From positions 12,299 through 76,298 of the forward strand of contig JBDHYB010000005.1 in assembly GCA_039811145.1 (NCBI GenBank): a DNA stretch of 64,000 nt, in the 5' to 3' direction. Made by a program: the position numbers and the translations under genes. The DNA comes from Chitinophagales bacterium. GTDB lineage: Bacteria > Bacteroidota > Bacteroidia > Chitinophagales > LD1. Shown in pieces: positions 46,316 to 55,513 of this stretch (the first letter of the stretch is position 1; every line of letters starts with the position of its first letter). The notes below the pieces were generated by a model that worked only from the letters and a program-made list of their open reading frames with translations, was not told where the DNA came from and searched no databases.

Positions 46316-47505
46316 TAGTGTTTAGCGTGTTCTAAAAAATATGATTTATAGCCGAACTTCTTATTCAGCCATTTTACAATCGCATCGTAGAAATATAGTA
46401 AATCCACCGAAAGTATCACCGGCACCGCAATAATATTTTCATCAAAAACCAATTGTGGGCCGTCCAGCAACTCCAGCTTTACAAAAACCAATACCACCAA
46501 AAATACCAACTGCATCAACTTGGCAAAAAGATGATACCAAATGTGCTTCTCTACAAAATAAAAGATGTGAAACACTATGGTGATATAGGTAAGCAAAACC
46601 GCGAAAAGAAAAACTATCCAATCCGGCACATGGTTTACATAGTTATCTGCCAGTATCATTTCAACCGTATTGGCATGTATAAACACGCCGCTCATGTCGG
46701 GTTTGCTGCGGCCGGCAAGTTGCTCATTAAAAGGGGTAAAATGCAAATCCTCCAGGTCGTTATCATTGGTCTTTCCAAGTATTACAATCTTACCGTTCAG
46801 CACGTCCAGTGCTGTATTGTTAGGCTGCACTTCATCAATGGCAATGGTGGGTATAAACTGCGCGCTGGTTTTGGTGTAGTTGATAAACTCCAGTTTATTA
46901 TCGCGCTCCTTAAGCTTTTCAAAATGCGTGGGGTCGTATTGCCGCACTATTTCCGCAGCAAAAGAGTTTACTTCCTTCCCTTCAATTTCTTCATGCGGCC
47001 TGAAATAGCGGATTGTTTTCTCGTATTCTCCTACAAAGTTTAAATACGCACTTTGCCCTAAGATACTCACGGCATTAAAGGATTGCTGCATACCCAACTC
47101 CTCACCTTCCTTTTTTTCAAAAAGATAGGTACCAAGCACCAGCTTTTTATTCTGCTGCAGGGCGTTAATCAAAATAGAATCCGTTTCAGCCTGCCCTGGT
47201 TTCTCAAACCAGGCATCAATTGCCAGCACCGCAGGGCGGTGTGCATTTATCACTTCAATTTCGCGGGCTATTTCAGCGCGGTTTCTTCCTATCTCCACAA
47301 TCACCACCTTGCTGTTTGCATCGGGCCGGGAGTGTTCCTTTCGGTGCTTGTACACCAGGTCGCCGTAATCAAAATCCGATAAAGCCTTTTCTATAGGGTC
47401 CAGCGCATGAAGGTTAACCACCGAGTACTTCAATGCCCAAACGCATAGAAAAACAAACAGGGTAGAAAATATAATATCCTTATTAAGGAAGTGCCTTTTG
47501 TGCAT
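46315..47505 (-). CDS. stand-alone CHASE2 domain membrane protein with no recognisable output domain
   Basis: 396 aa. It has an N-terminal TM helix, then VVIVEIGRN...RPAVLAIDAWFE...NGKIVILGKT...DLHFTPF...SGVFIHANTVEMIL (CHASE2 landmarks), then three C-terminal TM helices, and the protein ends there. Confidence 0.7.
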   Translation of the reverse strand: MHKRHFLNKDIIFSTLFVFLCVWALKYSVVNLHALDPIEKALSDFDYGDLVYKHRKEHSRPDANSKVVIVEIGRNRAEIAREIEVINAHRPAVLAIDAWFEKPGQAETDSILINALQQNKKLVLGTYLFEKKEGEELGMQQSFNAVSILGQSAYLNFVGEYEKTIRYFRPHEEIEGKEVNSFAAEIVRQYDPTHFEKLKERDNKLEFINYTKTSAQFIPTIAIDEVQPNNTALDVLNGKIVILGKTNDNDLEDLHFTPFNEQLAGRSKPDMSGVFIHANTVEMILADNYVNHVPDWIVFLFAVLLTYITIVFHIFYFVEKHIWYHLFAKLMQLVFLVVLVFVKLELLDGPQLVFDENIIAVPVILSVDLLYFYDAIVKWLNKKFGYKSYFLEHAKH

Positions 47506-47518
47506 CAGTTCTTAAGGT

Positions 47519-49018
47519 TCAATACCACAAGGTACTTTTAATTACGTTTTGATCGCCGGAAAGATAAACGCGAGTTGATTGCGGCTGCGATTGGGTATCA
47601 TATTTATCCGTATAAACCAGGTCGTAAAAACCTGCCATACCATAAAAGCGGATGCCGGTGCCAAGGTCGGCAGTAGTACCAACGCGCCAAACTTCTTCGC
47701 TCTGCTGGTTTATTTCGCCTACCCCAATAACCTTATATTCTGTTTTTGTTTCGTTTCTGCTGTTATCAGGTCGTATGGCCTCTTGCCTGTAATTGCGTCG
47801 GTCGTCGCGGTTGTTGTTATAACTGTAGGAAGGCATGCTTTTTTTAAAGGAAATATAAACTCCCCCGTCAGAAGCAGTAAGCTGGTAACTGGGGTCGCTC
47901 TGTATCATTGCCTTTGCTAAGTCACCCATCATGCTGGCCTGTAATTCCGTAGCCTTAATAGTTACGGTTTCATTAACTCCATTCTTAATAAGCACCAGGG
48001 TAACTGTAGTATTGGGTTTAATAGCCTCAAACTCGCCCAGTACCTCTTCCACATTGCGCACCTCCACTCCATTAACCTTAAATACGGTTGCGCCTATTTT
48101 ATCAGCAAGTGCCGATGCAGGAGAGTTGGTAAACACATTGCTTATTACCGGAGATTTATCGCGCTTGGTTAAGGTAGCTTTGCTGGTATAGTAGTCGGTA
48201 GTTACATCGTAATTTTGTGAAACCTCCAACCCTAAATACGCCCTGCGCGTTTTACCGTTGTTTGTCAAAAAATCATCAGTAAGCCTGCGACACACTTTCG
48301 ATTCCAATGCAAAATTAATTTGAGGCTGCCATAAGCTGCCTTTATCCTCCGGCCCAAAAGCTATATAGCTATTCATACCTACAACTTCACCCTTCTCATT
48401 TACCAGTGGGCCACCGCTATTACCCCATATTATAGTAGCCGTGTGCTGCACATAACCGTATTTGCCTGTTAAACCTTCGCGCACGCGGTTTTTGGCGCTC
48501 ACAATACCATCTGAAACAGTATAGGGATATTCTGCCAGGGGGTTGCCAATGGCATAAACACGCTGACCTATCGATGGTGGGTCGAGGGCATATTTAATAG
48601 TGGTAATTTCTGCACCCGGAGGTGTTACAAACTCCAAAAGGGCGTAATCATAAAACGAATCACCTCCTTTAAGTTTCGCTTCATACTTTTTGCCGGTTAT
48701 GCTATAAACATAAATAGCGCCGCTTTCGTTTGTGGCGTTTTCTATTACGTGCGCGTTAGTGCACACATATTTTTTACCGTTCACTTCTATAACGTAGCCC
48801 GAACCCTTGCACAAAGCATCGCTCAGGTCCAGCTTCTTTTCGTAAGCCACATCACTTTTACCCCGGTAGCCCAAAGGTTGTTTGGTAGCTTCTGCTTTAA
48901 ATACCCCTACTGAAATAACTGCTGAAAGGGCGTTATCCAGCATTGCTTCGGTGGTTTGCTGTGCATTTGTTATGGAAAAAACAAAAAGGCACATCCATAC
49001 TATCGTTGACTTTTTCAT
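47519..49018 (-). CDS. exported trypsin-like serine protease with a PDZ domain (S1C/HtrA-like) and an extra C-terminal domain
   Basis: Signal peptide and a catalytic triad context of CTNAHVIENA, DYALLEF and GNSGGPLV. A PDZ-like segment (YLGLEVSQ...VFKVNGVEVRNVEEV) is followed by about 120 aa of unknown tail. Confidence 0.8.
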   Translation of the reverse strand: MKKSTIVWMCLFVFSITNAQQTTEAMLDNALSAVISVGVFKAEATKQPLGYRGKSDVAYEKKLDLSDALCKGSGYVIEVNGKKYVCTNAHVIENATNESGAIYVYSITGKKYEAKLKGGDSFYDYALLEFVTPPGAEITTIKYALDPPSIGQRVYAIGNPLAEYPYTVSDGIVSAKNRVREGLTGKYGYVQHTATIIWGNSGGPLVNEKGEVVGMNSYIAFGPEDKGSLWQPQINFALESKVCRRLTDDFLTNNGKTRRAYLGLEVSQNYDVTTDYYTSKATLTKRDKSPVISNVFTNSPASALADKIGATVFKVNGVEVRNVEEVLGEFEAIKPNTTVTLVLIKNGVNETVTIKATELQASMMGDLAKAMIQSDPSYQLTASDGGVYISFKKSMPSYSYNNNRDDRRNYRQEAIRPDNSRNETKTEYKVIGVGEINQQSEEVWRVGTTADLGTGIRFYGMAGFYDLVYTDKYDTQSQPQSTRVYLSGDQNVIKSTLWY

Positions 49019-49210
49019 AAACCGGTTTGTGAGTTAGTTGATTCAATACGAAGTAAAAAATTCTTTCGTTGAGATGAAATTCCGTTGCAATTCCATATCA
49101 GGGGGCAATATGAGTAACGGTAATCAACAAAAAAAGCCCCCGGTGTTTGCGGTATTTTCAAACATCATTGTATTTTAGACTTATTGTTAACCAAATTTTA
49201 ATTACTAAAC

Positions 49211-49627
49211 ATGAAAAAAGCAGCATTATTAACGGTGATGTCATTGCTACTGACAACCATCGTTTTCAACGCCAACGCACAGGATGGCTTGAGAAAAAAA
49301 GTTGAAATGAAATCGACCAAGGTTGCAAGCCGTGGCAGCAACCCGAACATCAAAGGCGATAAGCCTACCACTGATGAGGTTTCTAAAAAAGGAACATCAC
49401 GTGGCAGCGGTTATTACAACTGCTATATGTACCTGCATAACTATACCGGCTACACCATTGATGTTTACATTGATGGCTACTACGAAACAACTATAGGCGC
49501 TTATGGCGATGCTACTGTTGTTACAGGTAACGGCTGGACATCTATCTACGGCATTTCTGCCGGCAGAACTATGGAATGGAGCGGAACCGGCGACTGCCAA
49601 AGCTGGTACGACTTCTCTTTCTATTAG
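49211..49627 (+). CDS. small secreted protein (138 aa): basic disordered N-half and Tyr/Gly-rich beta C-half
   Basis: It has a signal peptide and its own strong terminator. I recognise no family. Confidence 0.55.
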   Translation: MKKAALLTVMSLLLTTIVFNANAQDGLRKKVEMKSTKVASRGSNPNIKGDKPTTDEVSKKGTSRGSGYYNCYMYLHNYTGYTIDVYIDGYYETTIGAYGDATVVTGNGWTSIYGISAGRTMEWSGTGDCQSWYDFSFY

Positions 49628-49645
49628 TAGATTCAGGAAGCTTAC

Positions 49646-49680
49646 AAAAACGCCCTGCTGTCAGTGGGGCGTTTTTATTT
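49646..49680 (+). terminator. rho-independent terminator
   Basis: AAAAACGCCC / GGGCGTTTTT stem with an 11-nt loop, followed by TTTTTATTTT. Confidence 0.7.
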
Positions 49681-49820
49681 TATACCCACCACTATACATT
49701 TTTAATTAATGGATTGCCCCATCATACCAATTAGTAAGAAAAACATAAAATTGGGCGCCTGAATACTATTGATTTATGGAATTTTCGCCCACCTTTATCT
49801 TTCATTCCAAAAGCAGCATC

Positions 49821-51821
49821 ATGAAGAAAATACCCCTCCTTTTGTTTATCCTGTTTTCCTGTGCTTTACATGCTGAAAAGTATGCTTTGATTGTGGCCAT
49901 TGGCGACTACCCGGAACCGGGTAGAAACGGTTGGGGCAAAATATCTTCGGCCAACGATGTGCCTTTGGTTAAAACGGCTTTGGAAAACCAGGGGTTTCAA
50001 ACCGGTAACATTACGTTGCTGCAGGATGGCGCAGCCACCAAGGAAGGCATTAAAGCCGCCTTTGATAAGCTGATAAGCAAGGTGCAGCCCGGCGATATAG
50101 TTGTGGTACACTTCAGCAGCCATGGCGAGCAAATAGAGGATGATAACAACGACGAGGTAGATTACCTGGATGAGTGCATTGTGCCTTACGGCGCTGTTTA
50201 CTCGCCCGATAAAAACCGCTTTAAAGAATATGCCCCCGGTTATTTCCGCGATGATGAGTTTGGACAAAAAGTAACCTTACTGCGAAACAAACTAACTGCT
50301 AAAGGCGACTTGCTGGTATTGCTTGATGCCTGCCACTCAGGCACAGGAACACGCGGCCCTAAAGATGCCGTGTTAAAACCACGCGGAGCAATGGAGCCTA
50401 TGGTGAGCAACAAATTTGATGTAGCCAAGGTTTCGGCACCTGATAATAACGGGGTATTTAAGGATAATAACGGCGCTCAGTTAAGTAAGGATGCCGCCAC
50501 TTACGTGGTTATTTCAGGCGCACAGGCAAAGGAGTTTAATTACGAGTGTTACGACGATAACGGCAATGGGGTTGGCTCGCTGTCTTATGCCTTCAGCAAG
50601 TCGGTAGCTATGCTAAAAGATAAAACCACCTACCGCGGGCTGTTTGCCAATATTGAAAATATAATGCGCGACAAAGCCCCCCGTCAAAAGCCGGTGATGG
50701 AAGGTGACGGTGTGGACCGCCAACTATTTGGAGGAAACTTTGTTAGCCAGAAACCTTACTACACTATCAAAAAATGGATTTCGGATGATGAATTTGTATT
50801 GAACGCCGGAACTGTTTCGGGGCTTACTAAAGGCTCTATTGTTAGCCTTTACCCCGCCTCCACTACCGACCCTGCCGGCTTAACTGCCATGAACAAGGGC
50901 ACCGTTATTTCAGTAGATAATTTTATTGCCAACGTTAAATTAGATAAGCCTGATACGCTGGTAAACAAATACCCCTGGGTGTTTTTGACAGAGTTGGCTT
51001 ACCAGGAAAAACTGAAAATTGATGTACGCAATGTGAATGGCTCCCTAAAGCGCGTTCAGGAAGCCTTAAAAGATTTTAAACTACTTGAGTTTACTTCTGC
51101 CTGCGATGTTTACCTGGATACATTTGGCAGCACCAAAACATGGGCGCTTAAATACCCAAACACCGGCAGTGTATTTGCGGATAAAATTAGCATCGACGGT
51201 GCAGGAGAAATTGAGAATCTGAAAGGACTATTAAAACGTTTTGCACGTTACAGATACCTGCAGACTTTGGATTTTTCTGAAACTGACCTGAGCGCACAGG
51301 TGAACCTGGTATTTTTAAAAGCTGATGGACAGATTGATTACGACAAAATTAACCAGCGCACCAAAAACGGACGCCTTGAATTGAAGAAGGACGATGCGGT
51401 ATACCTGCAGGTTATAAACACCGGCAACAAGAAATTCTACATCAACATTGTAGATATACAGCCCGATGGAAAGATAAACCCCATACTGCCTAACAAAGGG
51501 CAAAGTATAAGGCCGGAGGATTGCATGGTAGCTAAGTACGATTCATTGGTATTGCGCAGCTATAAAATTACCATCGGGCCACCTTATGGCGAAGAGGTAT
51601 TTAAAGTATTTCTTTCAAAAGATTTGTTAGACCTGGAAGATGTACTAACCACCGAAAACAAGCCTGAGGGTAGCGCATCTCGCGGGGCGCTTAAAAGCCT
51701 GAATAAGGTTTTTGCCGATAGCGAGATTATGGAGAACGGAACCCGTGGCGGAACAGGTACCGTTAATACCGACCAGAACGGAACTATATTTAATGTAAAC
51801 TTTAATATAGTGAAGCAGTAA
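49821..51821 (+). CDS. exported caspase-like peptidase (C14) with a C-terminal DUF4384-like domain
   Basis: The ORF opens at 49776, but Met16 (49821) begins a typical signal peptide, MKKIPLLLFILFSCALHA. The catalytic dyad context is VVVHFSSHGEQ and LVLLDACHSGTG. The C-terminal YLQVINTGNKKFYINIVDIQPDGKINPILPN resembles DUF4384. Confidence 0.8.
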   Translation: MKKIPLLLFILFSCALHAEKYALIVAIGDYPEPGRNGWGKISSANDVPLVKTALENQGFQTGNITLLQDGAATKEGIKAAFDKLISKVQPGDIVVVHFSSHGEQIEDDNNDEVDYLDECIVPYGAVYSPDKNRFKEYAPGYFRDDEFGQKVTLLRNKLTAKGDLLVLLDACHSGTGTRGPKDAVLKPRGAMEPMVSNKFDVAKVSAPDNNGVFKDNNGAQLSKDAATYVVISGAQAKEFNYECYDDNGNGVGSLSYAFSKSVAMLKDKTTYRGLFANIENIMRDKAPRQKPVMEGDGVDRQLFGGNFVSQKPYYTIKKWISDDEFVLNAGTVSGLTKGSIVSLYPASTTDPAGLTAMNKGTVISVDNFIANVKLDKPDTLVNKYPWVFLTELAYQEKLKIDVRNVNGSLKRVQEALKDFKLLEFTSACDVYLDTFGSTKTWALKYPNTGSVFADKISIDGAGEIENLKGLLKRFARYRYLQTLDFSETDLSAQVNLVFLKADGQIDYDKINQRTKNGRLELKKDDAVYLQVINTGNKKFYINIVDIQPDGKINPILPNKGQSIRPEDCMVAKYDSLVLRSYKITIGPPYGEEVFKVFLSKDLLDLEDVLTTENKPEGSASRGALKSLNKVFADSEIMENGTRGGTGTVNTDQNGTIFNVNFNIVKQ

Positions 51822-51835
51822 GCTACAAGCTGATA

Positions 51836-51869
51836 GAAAAAAGGGCCAACTCATCATTGGCCCTTTTTT
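51836..51869. terminator. bidirectional rho-independent terminator
   Basis: AGGGCCAA / TTGGCCCT stem with a 7-nt loop, flanked by A6 and T6, between convergent genes. Confidence 0.75.
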
Positions 51870-51882
51870 ACTTATACAGCAG

Positions 51883-53391
51883 TTAATCTCTATAACTACT
51901 CCTGTTCTTTACCCAATTGCTTTTACCGCCGGAGGAGGCGGTTGCTTTAACACCTGTGCCGGAAGGTTTGGATGATGGCTTTTTTTCGAAAGTAAAGCCT
52001 GCTAACAAGGCAGCTATTTCCATTTCATCCTCATTTTCCTGTTTCAGGTATTCAGGTTTATAGTTTTTGCCTACAAAGTTGGTATCAAACTTACCTGAAG
52101 TAAAGTCAGGATGACGCAGCACAAATTTGCCGAAGGCCAATGTATTTTTTACACCCGTAATTTTGTAATCATCTATTGCGCGTATCAAACGCTCAATGGC
52201 TTCTTCCCTATCCTTACCATAAGCAATAAGTTTGGCCAGCATAGGGTCATAATAAATCGGAATATCCATTCCTTCCTCGTAACCGTCATCAACCCGCACA
52301 CCGGGGCCTTCCGGCTTTTTGTATTGCAGCAGTTTACCAATGTCAGGCAAAAAGTTGTTCGTAGGGTCTTCAGCATAAACACGTAACTCAACCGCATGTC
52401 CGCGTATTTGCAGTTCCTCTTGTGTAAAGCTCAGCTTCTCTCCACGGGCTATTTTAATTTGCTCCTTTACCAGGTCCACCCCTGTTATCATTTCTGTAAC
52501 AGGATGCTCCACCTGCAAACGGGTATTCATCTCAAGAAAATAAAAGTTCAACTCCTCATCAACCAAAAACTCCACGGTTCCGGCACCTATGTAGGCGCAT
52601 GATTTTGCTACCAACACTGCAGCTTCGCCTATAGCTTTTCTTTTCTCGGGGTTTAAGCAACTGCTTGGCGCTTCTTCCACCACTTTCTGGTGGCGGCGCT
52701 GTACACTGCACTCGCGCTCGAAGAGATAAACAATGTTACCGTAGTTATCCCCTAATACCTGCACTTCAATATGCTTGGGGCTTCCCACATATTTCTCAAT
52801 AAAAACGCTTCCATCGCCAAAGGCACTTTGCGCTTCGCTTTGTGCGCGCTGCATTTGCTCTTCCAGTTCTTCGGCAGCGTTTACCACACGCATACCTTTA
52901 CCGCCGCCGCCGGCACTGGCCTTAATTAAAATGGGGAATCCGATTTTTGCCGCCAAAGCTTTTGCTTCTCCTATATCGGTGATAGCGCCCTCACTGCCGG
53001 GCACCATAGGTATATCAAATTTTTTAGCGGCATCCTTTGCGGCCAGCTTGCTACCCATAATCTCTATTGCCTCAGGCGTAGGGCCTATAAACGTAATACC
53101 GTTCTCTTCCACCAACCGTGCAAAGCCCGCGTTCTCACTTAAAAATCCATAGCCGGGGTGTATGCCATCTACGCCAAGCTGTTTAGCCACCTCTACAATC
53201 TTTTCGCCACGCAGGTAACTTTCCTTAGATGCTGCGGCGCCAATGCATACGGCTTCATCAGCATAGCGCACATGGGGCGAGTTTCTGTCAGCCTCTGAAA
53301 AAACAGCCACGGTTTTAATGCCCATTTCCTTTGCACTCTTCATCACCCTAAGGGCTATTTCGCCACGGTTTGCAACCAGTATCTTTTTCAT
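51883..53391 (-). CDS. accC: biotin carboxylase (acetyl/acyl-CoA carboxylase subunit)
   Basis: MKKILVANRGEIALRV, an ATP-grasp region with glycine-rich loops, and EMNTRLQVEHPVTE. It has a ~50-aa low-complexity C-terminal tail. Confidence 0.9.
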   Translation of the reverse strand: MKKILVANRGEIALRVMKSAKEMGIKTVAVFSEADRNSPHVRYADEAVCIGAAASKESYLRGEKIVEVAKQLGVDGIHPGYGFLSENAGFARLVEENGITFIGPTPEAIEIMGSKLAAKDAAKKFDIPMVPGSEGAITDIGEAKALAAKIGFPILIKASAGGGGKGMRVVNAAEELEEQMQRAQSEAQSAFGDGSVFIEKYVGSPKHIEVQVLGDNYGNIVYLFERECSVQRRHQKVVEEAPSSCLNPEKRKAIGEAAVLVAKSCAYIGAGTVEFLVDEELNFYFLEMNTRLQVEHPVTEMITGVDLVKEQIKIARGEKLSFTQEELQIRGHAVELRVYAEDPTNNFLPDIGKLLQYKKPEGPGVRVDDGYEEGMDIPIYYDPMLAKLIAYGKDREEAIERLIRAIDDYKITGVKNTLAFGKFVLRHPDFTSGKFDTNFVGKNYKPEYLKQENEDEMEIAALLAGFTFEKKPSSKPSGTGVKATASSGGKSNWVKNRSSYRD

Positions 53392-53469
53392 ACCGGCAAA
53401 CTTGCAGAAAAAAACGGCGGTTTCATTTAAAACAGCCTATTGAAATTTTAAGTGGGCAAGGGCTAAAAA

Positions 53470-53569
53470 GTGTCAACTTTTTTATTCCCGAATCCTACAT
53501 TAAAAGGTGATTATCAACTAACTATAAGGAGCTTACGTTTTTCAGGTGTCAACTTTTGTCAACCTTTTT
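53470..53569. promoter_or_regulatory. repeated T(G/A)TCAAC motif cluster in the accC / symporter divergent intergenic region
   Basis: GTGTCAACTTTT occurs at 53470 and 53546, TGTCAACC at 53557 and TATCAAC at 53512. The reverse complement contains TTGACA. Confidence 0.25.
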
Positions 53570-53628
53570 AGTGTTTGTTGTCCTGCATTCATATTCTGTA
53601 AATCGACATTTTTCTTCATCTTGCCTGC

Positions 53629-54984
53629 ATGAGCCAACGCCCAGTCTTAATTACTGCTATTGCGGTTATTGCCAGTATGTACCTTTTATCCTTTGCTACG
53701 GTTGAAGGATGGGTTTCTGTTCCTGCCAACATGCTTTCATTGGGCAGGGCAATTGGTTTAGCAGTGCTGATTTACTATGCGTGGCTACGTAAAAACCTTA
53801 CCACCTCTATTATTACCAGTATGCTGATTGGTATTGAGATAGGGCTCGATTGGCCGGGCGTTGGGGTGGAGCTAAAAGTATTAAGCGACATTTTTCTCAG
53901 GCTCATTAAATGCATCATAGCTCCCTTACTGTTCGGCACCTTAGTAGTTGGTATAGCCGGCCACTCCAACATAAGGCAGATAGGGCGTATGGGCATAAAG
54001 GCCATACTGTATTTTGAAATAGTAACAACCATAGCTCTTTTCATCGGGCTAGGGGCAATTAACCTAACCAAAGCCGGCGAGGGTATTCAGAAACCCGATT
54101 CCGTTCAAATGCCTGAAACGTTGAAGAAGGCCACCGAGAAGCACTTTGACATACGCGATATTTTTCCTGAAAATATTGCCAAGGCTATTGCCGAAGGTAA
54201 TGTGCTGCAGATAGTGATGTTCAGCATTTTGTTTGGTGTTGCCCTATCAATGATAGAAGAACACCATAAGCATAAAATGGTGCACTTCTGCGAAACCCTT
54301 AACGAGGTGATGTTTAAATTCACCAATCTTATAATGCTGTTATCTCCCCTGGCAATTGGTGGGGCCATAGCCTATACGGTCAGTACAATGGGGCTTGGTG
54401 TATTTAAAAACCTTGGGCTGCTGATGCTAACGCTCTTTGGTGCGCTGGTTGTTTTTGTAACATGCGTTCTACTACCTATAATGTGGTATTTCAAAATACC
54501 TGTAGTTAAATTCTGGAATGCTATTCATGAGCCCGTGGGTGTTGCGTTTGCCACAGCAAGTTCCGATGCTGCTTTGCCTAAGGCAATGAAGGCTATGCAG
54601 CAGTTTGGCGTGCACAAAAAAGTTTACTCTTTTGTATTGCCAATGGGCTACTCTTTTAACCTGGATGGCACAACGCTTTACCTCTCATTGGCAACTATCT
54701 TTGTAGCCCAGGCTGGCGGAATACAATTGCCATTTTCAACCCAACTTACCATTTTACTTACGCTAATGCTTTCCAGCAAGGGGGTAGCAGGGGTTGCCAA
54801 AGCATCCTTTGTAATACTTTACGCGACGGTGGCCTCCTTCCATTTGCCCGAATGGCCTGTGTTTATCGTGTTTGCCGCCGATGCGCTTATGGATATGGCT
54901 CGCACAGGGGTAAATGTTATAGGCAACTGTCTGGCAACTGTAGTTATAGCCAAATCAGAAAATGAATTAGAGCCCATTGCCTAA
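53629..54984 (+). CDS. dicarboxylate/amino acid:cation symporter (DAACS, GltP/DctA-like)
   Basis: 451 aa, polytopic. It has a SSDAALP-type motif (TASSDAALPKAM) and a family-typical C-terminal half (DMARTGVNVIGN). Confidence 0.85.
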   Translation: MSQRPVLITAIAVIASMYLLSFATVEGWVSVPANMLSLGRAIGLAVLIYYAWLRKNLTTSIITSMLIGIEIGLDWPGVGVELKVLSDIFLRLIKCIIAPLLFGTLVVGIAGHSNIRQIGRMGIKAILYFEIVTTIALFIGLGAINLTKAGEGIQKPDSVQMPETLKKATEKHFDIRDIFPENIAKAIAEGNVLQIVMFSILFGVALSMIEEHHKHKMVHFCETLNEVMFKFTNLIMLLSPLAIGGAIAYTVSTMGLGVFKNLGLLMLTLFGALVVFVTCVLLPIMWYFKIPVVKFWNAIHEPVGVAFATASSDAALPKAMKAMQQFGVHKKVYSFVLPMGYSFNLDGTTLYLSLATIFVAQAGGIQLPFSTQLTILLTLMLSSKGVAGVAKASFVILYATVASFHLPEWPVFIVFAADALMDMARTGVNVIGNCLATVVIAKSENELEPIA

Positions 54985-55014
54985 AATGTGGCAATCACTG
55001 CCTAATATTGCTTT

Positions 55015-55509
55015 GTGAAAAAGCAGGTGAGCCCCTTGGTGGAATTCGGATTGGTGTTGCTGCTGATTGCAGTGGCAATAGTATTGGCCTTAAACGTAAA
55101 CTTTAAGTGGCCTACTGCTCCTGCAGCGCAAAACAAAAAAGAAAACTCCTCCGGCCCTTCGCGCAGCCCCGAAGAACAGAAATGGTACGATGGCAAATCT
55201 TATTTTAAATCAGAATGTGCCGCCTGCCATAACCCCAAAGCTGATGGCACAGGCCCTGCTTTAACAGGCGTTGAGAAACGTTGGGAAGACGCAGGCAGCT
55301 ACCAGGGCAAAACAGGTAAGCAATGGTTATATAGCTGGATAAAAAACTGGAACGATCCTGTAAACGCAGGTTACAGTTATGCTGTAAACATGGCTAACTC
55401 ACGCATTGCTGCAATGAATACTTTTCAAACCCTTTCGGATCAAAAGATTGAAGACATTCTGTTTTACTTAAACGACCCGGATAAATACACGGGTAAGCCT
55501 ATGCCCTAA
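55015..55509 (+). CDS. membrane-anchored class I c-type cytochrome
   Basis: GTG start, one N-terminal TM helix, the haem motif CAACHN and a distal Met. Confidence 0.65.
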   Translation: MKKQVSPLVEFGLVLLLIAVAIVLALNVNFKWPTAPAAQNKKENSSGPSRSPEEQKWYDGKSYFKSECAACHNPKADGTGPALTGVEKRWEDAGSYQGKTGKQWLYSWIKNWNDPVNAGYSYAVNMANSRIAAMNTFQTLSDQKIEDILFYLNDPDKYTGKPMP

Positions 55510-55513
55510 TTCA

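Noticed and set aside
46453-47043. 196-aa plus-strand ORF inside the CHASE2 gene.
   Set aside because: It is antisense to a CDS with clear CHASE2 landmarks and TM helices. Its composition is biased and implausible.
49211-49627. Possible bacterial gasdermin next to a caspase-like protease.
   Set aside because: At 138 aa it is too short. It has a cleavable signal peptide and its own terminator, and the caspase is itself exported. This does not fit the cytoplasmic gasdermin-protease arrangement.
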